Source of the DNA: a virus
Lineage: Duplodnaviria; Caudoviricetes
Virus record (IMG/VR): IMGVR_UViG_3300042477_000769
DNA: 64,000 nucleotides
Reading direction: 5' to 3' (one strand)
Part shown: piece after piece, positions 30,653-38,404 of the stretch
How positions within the stretch are numbered: the stretch's first letter is position 1
Layout: every line of letters begins with the position of its first letter
The notes under the pieces: generated by a model
The model's input: only the letters and a program-made list of their open reading frames with translations
What the model was told of the DNA's origin: nothing
The model's database searches: none
Made by a program: the position numbers and the translations under genes

Positions 30653-31022
30653 TTTCTTATCAATAGAAGACGAATTAAAAGTACGTGCCCAATTATTAGA
30701 TAATCATAGCGGTATTTCCAAATATCATGTTCACCAATTATTCCAAGAATTGGATCGTTTACGAGAAGATAATAAAATAGATGGGCCAATTTTCCATTGT
30801 GGAAGATTAGAAGGACGAGCAGATATAGCGGTTCAACTAAGAAAAATAGTTGACCCTACTGACCAATATCATCTAAATTTAGATGGCGCACTAAAAATGG
30901 TAAGCCAGCTAGTAGCCTTTAAAAATAAGGCTCAAGAAGTTTTTTCTATGATTAAACAGGTAGATGTTTTAAAAGATTTTGTTTTGGATGATGACCCAAC
31001 TATTGCTACAATGAGCAAGTAA
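30636..31022 (+). CDS. Hypothetical protein (128 aa)
   Basis: ATG at 30636 preceded by GAGGA. Confidence 0.65.
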   Translation: MTKQNNFLSIEDELKVRAQLLDNHSGISKYHVHQLFQELDRLREDNKIDGPIFHCGRLEGRADIAVQLRKIVDPTDQYHLNLDGALKMVSQLVAFKNKAQEVFSMIKQVDVLKDFVLDDDPTIATMSK

Positions 31023-31077
31023 TTGCTTTAAAAAAGTATATCGCCTGTTAGACTTAACATAAGAAAGAAGGTTTCTT

Positions 31078-31308
31078 TTGACTCAAAAACAAAAAACTAT
31101 TATTTCAGGACGAGAAGCATCTATATTATCATTAATTGTACAAACTAAATATTTCTCTGTTAAAGAAAGAAAGCGTATTCTATCTGCTCTTAATGGAAGA
31201 GCACTTCAAATTGCTGAAGTTTTATTAGGTCAAGCCAAGCATTCTAAAAAAATAAGAAGAATTGCCGAAGGTTTTGTTAAATGGGCTAACGAATTACAGA
31301 AAATATGA
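31078..31308 (+). CDS. Hypothetical basic protein (76 aa)
   Basis: TTG start after GAAGG. ATGA overlap with the next gene. Confidence 0.55.
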   Translation: MTQKQKTIISGREASILSLIVQTKYFSVKERKRILSALNGRALQIAEVLLGQAKHSKKIRRIAEGFVKWANELQKI

Positions 31309-31733
31309 AAAACAATAAAAAGCAATTAAATTTCAAACCTCAAATATTGGTTAAACCAATAGAACCTCGAAGATTTCTTGAAAAAGAATATTATGTTGGA
31401 GATAAAAATTATATAGATTTTTCTAAATTTTTAGAAATTAGGTCTGCTATCCCATCTTCCGATGAAGATATTAGAGTAAATATATGCATGTATGGCGGTA
31501 CTTATGATAATTATGGAATAGATGCTATTTATTTAGAAGCTAAGTTGGAAAATAAAAATTTTGACCAGGAAATGGAAGCTTATAAAAAACAATTAGCAGA
31601 CTATGAATTGCAACATTCTCAACAAGAATCAAACAATTTACTTCAAACTCTAGAAAATTTAGAGTATCAAGCTAAAATTTTAGACAAACAAATTAAAAAG
31701 ATAAATAAGCAGCTATCTAAAAAAGATAGTTAG
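31305..31733 (+). CDS. Hypothetical protein with C-terminal coiled coil (142 aa)
   Basis: Heptad-rich C-terminus. Confidence 0.65.
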   Translation: MKNNKKQLNFKPQILVKPIEPRRFLEKEYYVGDKNYIDFSKFLEIRSAIPSSDEDIRVNICMYGGTYDNYGIDAIYLEAKLENKNFDQEMEAYKKQLADYELQHSQQESNNLLQTLENLEYQAKILDKQIKKINKQLSKKDS

Positions 31734-31815
31734 TTTGCTTTTTTAAGCAATAATGCTATCTATCGTAGATATATTCAATCGGCGGCATCATTATTTAATG
31801 TCCTAAAAGGAAATT

Positions 31816-32931
31816 ATGAAAATTTGTTGGTTTGGGTTCTTAGCCAAGAACCATTCTTGGTCGATTGTAGCACAGAACATTACCCGTGAACTCATAAAAC
31901 TAGGTCATCAGGTAGATTTATTTTCTACCAATGGTACTCAATATTTCCCCAATGATCTGCGTCCCCACCTAAAAGGTTATGTCGAAGAAGGCGATGATAA
32001 GGTCATTGGCAAAGAATTAGATTTAGTCTATGACATGCAATTATCATACACCGCATTAAGAAATTTTCCTAATTATTTCCTTCGAGGAAATACTAATAGA
32101 TTTGGTATCTGGAATTATGAAACCACTATCTTACCTAAAGCTTTTGCTAAATACCATAAGTATGTAGATAAAGTGGTCCCCTCGTCTCAATTTTCTAAAA
32201 AAATATTTGTCGATAATGGTATGCCAGAATCTTGTCAAGTGGTTATCCCACATGGCATTACATTGGAGCGTTTTCAAAACTTAGGAAAATACCCATTACA
32301 AACCAATAAGAAAATTAAAATATTAGCCAATATTGCTCAACCTCATCTCCGGAAGAATATTCCAGGGCTCTTAAAAGCCTGGGGTAAAGCATTTACTAGG
32401 GCAGATGATATTTGTTTAGTGTTAAAGATCTCTAAGAGGGGGCCTAATCCCATGTTTGATATACCTTTTAATGAGGTATTTAATCAATTCAAGAAGGAAT
32501 TTAAGAACCATGCCGAGATTGAGATAATTGATACGTTTATTCCGGATATTGAAACGTTGTATAATGCGTGCGAGGGGGTGTTTACGATGACGCACGCTGA
32601 GTGTTTCTGGCTACCAGGCCTAGAGGCGTTTGCCGCCAATAAGCTAGTCATCAGCCCCCGCTACGGAGGTCAACTAGACTATTTAAATGACGATAACTCT
32701 ATTTTAATTGATGGTAAGTTAATTCGAGCCGATACTCGAATGCAATATTGGGAACCATCTCCTTATGCAGCAGTGTTTGATCCTGATATTAATCAAGCCG
32801 CTGAAAAGCTAAAAGATGTCTATCATAATTATGGCGATTATATGAAAAAATTCTCTCCGTTAATGCAAGAGATTATACCTAATTATTCTTGGACTAAAGT
32901 AGCTCAACAATTTGTTGATTTAGCCAAATAA
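31816..32931 (+). CDS. GT-B fold glycosyltransferase, family 4
   Basis: N-terminal MKICWFG...RELIKLGHQVDLF, RKNIPGLLKAW, and the E-X7-E motif (HAECFWLPGLEAFA) followed by RYGGQLDYL. Confidence 0.85.
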   Translation: MKICWFGFLAKNHSWSIVAQNITRELIKLGHQVDLFSTNGTQYFPNDLRPHLKGYVEEGDDKVIGKELDLVYDMQLSYTALRNFPNYFLRGNTNRFGIWNYETTILPKAFAKYHKYVDKVVPSSQFSKKIFVDNGMPESCQVVIPHGITLERFQNLGKYPLQTNKKIKILANIAQPHLRKNIPGLLKAWGKAFTRADDICLVLKISKRGPNPMFDIPFNEVFNQFKKEFKNHAEIEIIDTFIPDIETLYNACEGVFTMTHAECFWLPGLEAFAANKLVISPRYGGQLDYLNDDNSILIDGKLIRADTRMQYWEPSPYAAVFDPDINQAAEKLKDVYHNYGDYMKKFSPLMQEIIPNYSWTKVAQQFVDLAK

Positions 32932-34047
32932 ATGCCACCAGAATTACTTAAGATCCAGGAGTTAATAAAAGGGAAGGGTGCTTGCTTAAGTAAAGATTAT
33001 ATTAATTCTCGGTCTTATTTAGAATTTAAATGTCATAATGGTCATTATTTCAAATCGCCTTATTATCGTATTATTAATGGTCATTGGTGTAGCCACTGCG
33101 CCAACAATGTTAAATTAACTATTAATTCAATTAATGAGCAATTAAAACATAAACATGTTACTTGTATTTCTGATATCTATTTAAATAATAAAGAGCCATT
33201 AACATGGAAGTGTAATTTATGTGATTATCAATTTTCATACAATAAGAACTATATGGATCGTAGCTTTACGCAATGTTATAATTGCAAGATTCAGGCTTGC
33301 GTTTCAAAAATAGAAGAGAGAGTTAAGTTATTAGATGGTTATTGGGTAGAGAAAAACTATTCTCAATCTCATCAAAAATTAAAGTTTACTTGTAGTTCCG
33401 GCCATAGTTTTAGTTTAACTTATAATCGATTAATTAATTTTCAAGCTTGGTGCCCTACTTGTACTAGGCAAAATAATTTGAGTGAAGAAATTTGCCGAGC
33501 CCATTTTGAACAATTATTAGGTTACAAATTTCCATCCGTCAGACCTAATTGGCTTAAAAAAGATAATGGTTATAATCTAGAATTAGATGGTTATTGTGCA
33601 GAATTAAATTTAGCTTTTGAACATCAAGGCATTCAACATTATCAAGATATTTTTAATAAATTGCATCAGACCCAAGAAAATGATAAATTGAAGGCAGACT
33701 TATGCTCACAACAAGGTGTGAAGCTAATTATCATTCCCCAATTATTTAGATTAACTAAATTGTCAGAATTAACTGATGTCATTATTCAAGAGTGTGATAG
33801 GTTAAATATCAGGGTGGAGAAAAAGAATATTGATTATTCTGCTTGTTATAAGCCAAAGTTTTTGAAGAAATATCAGGAGATAGCGGCTAGTCGTGGAGGT
33901 AAGTGTTTGTCGACTGAATATTTAGGAAGTACTACTCATAAATTATGGTGGGAATGTCGAAAGAAACATCGATGGGAACAATTTCCATATGTTATAGATA
34001 AGGGACATTGGTGCCCGATATGTAAGGATAAGAATGTCAAAATATGA
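32932..34047 (+). CDS. Free-standing endonuclease: four Zn-ribbon repeats plus a Vsr/PD-(D/E)XK-like domain (putative homing endonuclease)
   Basis: Repeats of GxCLSxxYIN...LxWxCxxGH...WCPxC. Nuclease-like EEICRAHFEQ...RPNWL...LELDGY...AFEHQGIQHY. Abuts the GT4 stop codon and overlaps the next gene. Confidence 0.7.
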   Translation: MPPELLKIQELIKGKGACLSKDYINSRSYLEFKCHNGHYFKSPYYRIINGHWCSHCANNVKLTINSINEQLKHKHVTCISDIYLNNKEPLTWKCNLCDYQFSYNKNYMDRSFTQCYNCKIQACVSKIEERVKLLDGYWVEKNYSQSHQKLKFTCSSGHSFSLTYNRLINFQAWCPTCTRQNNLSEEICRAHFEQLLGYKFPSVRPNWLKKDNGYNLELDGYCAELNLAFEHQGIQHYQDIFNKLHQTQENDKLKADLCSQQGVKLIIIPQLFRLTKLSELTDVIIQECDRLNIRVEKKNIDYSACYKPKFLKKYQEIAASRGGKCLSTEYLGSTTHKLWWECRKKHRWEQFPYVIDKGHWCPICKDKNVKI

Positions 34048-34729
34048 TTTTAAATTAGATATGTCATCTGATAATTCTAATTCGGTAATATTAAGAAATA
34101 TCAAGCCTAATTCTAAAGTATTAGAGTTAGGTTGTGCTTATGGAAGAATGACTAAATACCTAAAACAAGAATTAAATTGTCAAGTAGATGCAATTGATGT
34201 TGATGAAGCTGCCGGATCGGTAGCCGCTAATTGGGCCCATAGAAGTTTTGCGGGCGATTTAGATGATCTTAATTTGTGGACTGAATTGCCTCCTGATTGT
34301 AATAATTATGATTATATTATTTTAGCAGACGTGTTAGAACATTTAAGAAAACCAGCTGACGTCTTATTAGCCGCCAAAAAGCTGTTGAAAAAGAATAGTT
34401 TAAGCCATGAAGGTGGTTCCTTATGGATTAGTATTCCTAATACGGCGCATAATGCAGTCTTAATTGATTTATTAAACGATAAGTTTATTTATCGTCAAGT
34501 AGGTTTATTAGATGAAACTCATATTAAATTATTTACTATTAATTCATTATTAGAAATGATTCAAGATACTGGATTAACAGTTAAGTCTAGAATTGATTTA
34601 CCATTAGCAGTAGAGCATACAGAGTTTAATAATAGTTATAGCGATCTTCCTCCAGAAGTAACTAGCTTTCTCCAGCAAAGAGAATTAGGAGAAATTTATC
34701 AATTTGTTATGGAATTAAAGGATTTATGA
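34034..34729 (+). CDS. Class I SAM-dependent methyltransferase (glycan-associated type)
   Basis: Motif I VLELGCAYG, YDYIILADVLEHL, ISIPN, GLLDETHIKLFT. This type is commonly found beside or fused to glycosyltransferases. Confidence 0.85.
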   Translation: MSKYDFKLDMSSDNSNSVILRNIKPNSKVLELGCAYGRMTKYLKQELNCQVDAIDVDEAAGSVAANWAHRSFAGDLDDLNLWTELPPDCNNYDYIILADVLEHLRKPADVLLAAKKLLKKNSLSHEGGSLWISIPNTAHNAVLIDLLNDKFIYRQVGLLDETHIKLFTINSLLEMIQDTGLTVKSRIDLPLAVEHTEFNNSYSDLPPEVTSFLQQRELGEIYQFVMELKDL

Positions 34730-35418
34730 TATTATCAATAGTTATTCCAGTTTATAATAAATATAATTTTACTCGCGCTTGTTTACAAGATTTATCTCAA
34801 TTACCCAAAGACCATGAAATTATTGTGGTAGATAATGGTAGTTCTGACGAAACCGAAAGCCAGTTATCAACTATGCCTGGTATAGTTTATCATCGTAATG
34901 TTGAGAATTTAGGCTTTGCTAAAGCATGCAATATTGGTTATGGTCTAGCTACGGCGCCTAATGTTTTATTTTTAAATAATGATATTCGAGTTCAATCCAA
35001 TCATCAAACTTGGACTCAAGAAATTATTAAGCGGTGTCCCTATGCTTTAGTTGGGCCCACCATGGGTCAATTAGATAATAATTTAGCTTTTGTCCAAGAA
35101 GCCAATCGTGCATTACCTGGAAAATCTTATATGTCAGGTTGGTGTTTAGGAGCTTCGAAAGAAATTTGGAATAAATTGGAGATACCGAGAGAGAGTGGCG
35201 GGGGAGCGCCGCAGGTTTTTTCGGAAGAGTTTGGCTTGGCGTATTTTGAAGATACAGACTTGTCTTTCCGTGCTAAAAAACTCCACCTTCCCACCCAAGT
35301 CGTTTCCATTCCAGTCGTACATTTTGGTAAACAAACTAGCAAACAACTCAATACTCATCAATTATATTCTCAAGCTCGCCAAATTTTTATTAAAAAATGG
35401 CGCAATGAAAAAATATAA
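34726..35418 (+). CDS. GT-A fold glycosyltransferase, family 2
   Basis: LSIVIPVYN, IIVVDNGSSD, NLGFAKACNIG, LFLNND, YFEDTDLSFRA. Confidence 0.88.
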   Translation: MILSIVIPVYNKYNFTRACLQDLSQLPKDHEIIVVDNGSSDETESQLSTMPGIVYHRNVENLGFAKACNIGYGLATAPNVLFLNNDIRVQSNHQTWTQEIIKRCPYALVGPTMGQLDNNLAFVQEANRALPGKSYMSGWCLGASKEIWNKLEIPRESGGGAPQVFSEEFGLAYFEDTDLSFRAKKLHLPTQVVSIPVVHFGKQTSKQLNTHQLYSQARQIFIKKWRNEKI

Positions 35419-36358
35419 CAAATTATCTAAATCAGATTATTTAGCAATCTGTCAGCAATTAGCTGAGCGTCAAGGTGGCAAATGTGTATCTGAGTGTTAT
35501 GTTAATACTCACTCCCATTTATTATGGGAATGTCAGCAAGGTCATACTTGGCAGGCGATGCCCTCTAATATCAAACAAGGAAAATGGTGTCCTTATTGTC
35601 AGGGGAATGCGAAATTAACTCTTGATAAATGTCGCCAAGTAGCCAAGAAAAATAAAGGTAAATGCTTATCTGATAACTATATTAATAGTTCTAGCTTATT
35701 GGAGTGGCAATGTCAATATGGTCATATATGGCAGGCTACTTATAATAATGTTAATAGTAAGCATTCTTGGTGCCCGCAATGTTCCAGTTTGATTGGAGAA
35801 AAAATTTGTCGTTTATTTTTTGAACAATCATTTGGTGTAGCTTTCAAGAAAACCCGGCCAGAATGGTTACTTGGTGTTAATGGGGCTGTTTTAGAATTAG
35901 ATGGATATAATCCGCAATTAAAAATTGCCTTTGAATATCAAGGAAAACAGCATTACCAAATAGATTGTTTTTTTGTTAAAAACCAGCAGCAGTTATGTCA
36001 AAGAATGGCAGCTGATTCTTTAAAAAAAGAGTTGTGCTGTAGAAATAACATTATTTTATTTCAAATTCCTTATTTTAATAAATTAGACATCGAGGAGATC
36101 CATGATTATCTATATCAAGCGGTCAGTCAGCGCTTTCCGATCCAGAGAATAACTCTAAATTTAGAATCTTTATATGATTCAAAAATTGAAAAATATAAAG
36201 AATTAGCAAAATTGAATGATGGATATTGTGTGTCTGATCATTATATTAATAGCTATCAAAAATTGAGGTGGCAATGTCAAGAAGGCCATCAATGGCAGGC
36301 TTTGGGATATTCTATTGAACGAGGGCATTGGTGCCCTAAATGCAGGAATAAAAAGTGA
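35405..36358 (+). CDS. Second Zn-ribbon repeat / Vsr-like endonuclease (paralogue of 32932-34047), 317 aa
   Basis: Three CxxGH...WCPxC repeats and EKICRLFFEQ...RPEWL...LELDGY...AFEYQGKQHY. Likely start is ATG 35405; the track extension from 35195 lies inside the GT2 gene. Confidence 0.7.
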   Translation: MKKYNKLSKSDYLAICQQLAERQGGKCVSECYVNTHSHLLWECQQGHTWQAMPSNIKQGKWCPYCQGNAKLTLDKCRQVAKKNKGKCLSDNYINSSSLLEWQCQYGHIWQATYNNVNSKHSWCPQCSSLIGEKICRLFFEQSFGVAFKKTRPEWLLGVNGAVLELDGYNPQLKIAFEYQGKQHYQIDCFFVKNQQQLCQRMAADSLKKELCCRNNIILFQIPYFNKLDIEEIHDYLYQAVSQRFPIQRITLNLESLYDSKIEKYKELAKLNDGYCVSDHYINSYQKLRWQCQEGHQWQALGYSIERGHWCPKCRNKK

Positions 36359-36816
36359 ATATATTAAAAAAATTGATCTACCGTAGTTTTTATTTTTTAT
36401 CCTCTTGCATAAGAGGGCAAGACAAATTTAAAAAAATTGTAATAGATGATTATGGAAGCATAAAATATTATTTCAATAGCCAGCTACATCGAGAAGATGG
36501 TCCAGCGATAGAAGGTGCTCGTGGCCATAAAGAATGGTGGATTCATGGCCAACGACATCGAGTAGATGGTCCGGCCATAGAATATGTTTATGGAAATAAA
36601 CATTGGTATCTTCATGGTGAACTCCATCGAGAAGATGGTCCAGCAGTAGTATTAGCTAACGGATAGAAAGAATGGTATCGTCATGGTCAACTCCATCGAG
36701 AAGATGGGCCAGCCATAGAAAAGGCTAATGGCTATAAATATTGGTACCTGCAAGGTAAAGTATATAATACAGAAGAAGAATATTTGCGAGTAATTAAGCT
36801 AAAAGCTTTATGGTAA
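36355..36816 (+). pseudogene. HREDGPA-repeat protein A with one in-frame TAG at 36664-36666
   Basis: The frame continues past the TAG with a further intact repeat and the same C-terminus (KLKALW-stop) as paralogues B and C. The TAG sits where sister repeats have TAT/AAT/CAT. Confidence 0.75.
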
Positions 36817-37471
36817 AGTATGCAAGAAATTAAAATAGATGATCATGGAACTAAATATTATTATTGGAATGGTAATCTTCATCGAGAAGATGGTCCGGCA
36901 GTAGAATATGCTAATGGATATAAAGCTTGGTATCGTCATGGTCTACGTCATCGAGAAGATGGCCCAGCCAGAGAATATTCTGATGGACTAAAAGAATGGT
37001 ACCTTCATAATAAACTTCATCGAGAAGATGGTCCAGCCATAGATCAGGCTAATGGATATAAACACTGGTATCTTCAGGGTAAAAAATATTCTAAAAAAGA
37101 ATATTGGCGAATGGTTAAGTTACAGGCTTTATGGTAAACTTATGCAAGAAATTGAAATAGATGAATATGGCACTAAAAGATATTATTGGAATGGTCAGCT
37201 ACATCGAGAAGATGGTCCAGCCATAAAATATCCTGATGGATCTAAAGAGTGGTGGCTTGAGGGTCTTCTCCATCGAGCAGATGGTCCTGCTCAAGAATGG
37301 CCTACACATAGATATAAAGCTTGGTATCTTTATGGGAAATTCCATCGAGAAGATGGTCCTGCTAGAGAATGTGTTGATGGAAAAGAATGGTATTATCATG
37401 GGAAACTCCATCGAGAAGATGGCCCAGCCATAGAGTATACTAATGGAAATAAAGAATGGTATCTTCAAGGC
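36481..37471 (+). repeat. Eleven coding repeats of about 69 bp (23 aa) across three tandem paralogues
   Basis: Near-invariant core CATCGAG(A/T/C)AGATGG. Four units in A, three in B, four in C. One 72-bp and one 66-bp variant in C. Confidence 0.9.
36820..37137 (+). CDS. HREDGPA-repeat (MORN-variant/YwqK-like) protein B
   Basis: MQEIKIDDHGTKYY, three repeats, then KLQALW. Confidence 0.8.
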   Translation: MQEIKIDDHGTKYYYWNGNLHREDGPAVEYANGYKAWYRHGLRHREDGPAREYSDGLKEWYLHNKLHREDGPAIDQANGYKHWYLQGKKYSKKEYWRMVKLQALW

Positions 37472-37528
37472 ACAGAATATACAGAAGAAGAATATGGGCG
37501 GTTAGTTAAATTAAAAGCTTTGTGGTAA
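37142..37528 (+). CDS. HREDGPA-repeat protein C (128 aa)
   Basis: ATG 37142 gives MQEIEIDEYGTKRYY, matching the start of paralogue B. Four repeats, then KLKALW. Confidence 0.8.
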   Translation: MQEIEIDEYGTKRYYWNGQLHREDGPAIKYPDGSKEWWLEGLLHRADGPAQEWPTHRYKAWYLYGKFHREDGPARECVDGKEWYYHGKLHREDGPAIEYTNGNKEWYLQGTEYTEEEYGRLVKLKALW

Positions 37529-37546
37529 GAAAGTATTAGGTGTAAC

Positions 37547-38383
37547 ATGCCGGAAGGCGTTGAAGTTTTAATTAGTTCAGAAATGATTAAGCCATTAGTG
37601 ATAAATCAAACTATCACCAAGTTACAAATCGGACCCACTAGCCGATATGCTCGACAGCCATTAAAAGGCTTTACTCAATTTGAAAAACTGATTCCACAAA
37701 ACAATTGTGTAATTAAGGATATTAAAACTTATGGAAAATTTATGTATTGGTCCTTTACTAATGATTGGTACATGTTCTCTACTTTTGGCATGAGCGGTCA
37801 GTGGAGCCCATCGGCTACTCATCATTTATGTTTACAATTAGAATTAATTGATGAAAATCAGACGCAAACTACAATCTGTTTTAATGATCCTCGCCATTTT
37901 GGAACAATTCAATTTACCAATAATAGTCAAGAACTATCTAAAAAATTAGATAGTTTGGGCTGGGATCCATTATCTCAAGCTAATAATGAGCAATATATTA
38001 ATTTTGTTATTAATTCGTGTAGAAAAAAACATAAGCCGATTGGTCAGTTATTAATGGATCAAAGCTTATTTGCCGGTGTTGGCAATTACATTCGAGCCGA
38101 AGCGTTATATTTATCTAGAATCTCTCCTTGGAGATTAGGGTCTTCTTTATCTAAAGAAGAATTATCTCAACTATGTCAAGATATCATTAAAGTCATGAAA
38201 GATTCTTATCAACATCAAGGCGCTACTATCCGAACTTATGAGGATGCGTTTGGAGCCGAAGGTAAACATGCCAACTTTTTCAAAGTTTATGGGAAATCTC
38301 ACGATGAGATGGGTAATTTAGTAATTTCTGAATTAACTCCAGAAGGTCGAACTATTCACTGGTGTCCTGCCGTACAATTCTAA
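37547..38383 (+). CDS. mutM: Fpg/Nei family DNA glycosylase/AP lyase, zincless-finger type
   Basis: N-terminal PEG catalytic motif (MPEGVEV), YGKFMY, FNDPRHFG, H2TH LLMDQSLFAGVGNYIRAEAL. C-terminal GRTIHWCP lacks the four-Cys finger. Confidence 0.88.
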   Translation: MPEGVEVLISSEMIKPLVINQTITKLQIGPTSRYARQPLKGFTQFEKLIPQNNCVIKDIKTYGKFMYWSFTNDWYMFSTFGMSGQWSPSATHHLCLQLELIDENQTQTTICFNDPRHFGTIQFTNNSQELSKKLDSLGWDPLSQANNEQYINFVINSCRKKHKPIGQLLMDQSLFAGVGNYIRAEALYLSRISPWRLGSSLSKEELSQLCQDIIKVMKDSYQHQGATIRTYEDAFGAEGKHANFFKVYGKSHDEMGNLVISELTPEGRTIHWCPAVQF

Positions 38384-38404
38384 ATTTTACAGAAAGATTA
38401 AAAA

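Noticed and set aside
29752-36666. Genome-wide TAG recoding (code 15)
   Set aside because: Multi-kb genes are open in the standard code. TAG acts as a normal stop at 31731-31733, where readthrough would run out of frame into the GT4 gene. The in-frame join of 29754 to 29761 could be chance.
36481-37471. CRISPR array
   Set aside because: The repeats are in-frame coding units of 66-72 bp with degenerate third positions. There is no repeat-spacer structure and no cas gene.
36355-37528. Diversity-generating retroelement acting on the HREDGPA repeats
   Set aside because: No reverse transcriptase or non-coding template repeat in the window, and variation is not confined to adenine positions of any single unit. 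A distant RT cannot be excluded.
32932-38383. Eukaryotic giant virus origin (Zn-ribbon nucleases, zincless Nei, MORN-like repeats)
   Set aside because: SD sites, sigma70 promoters, a sigma factor, overlapping operons, DnaB/DnaC, a GH25 lysin and contractile baseplate genes all point to a bacteriophage.
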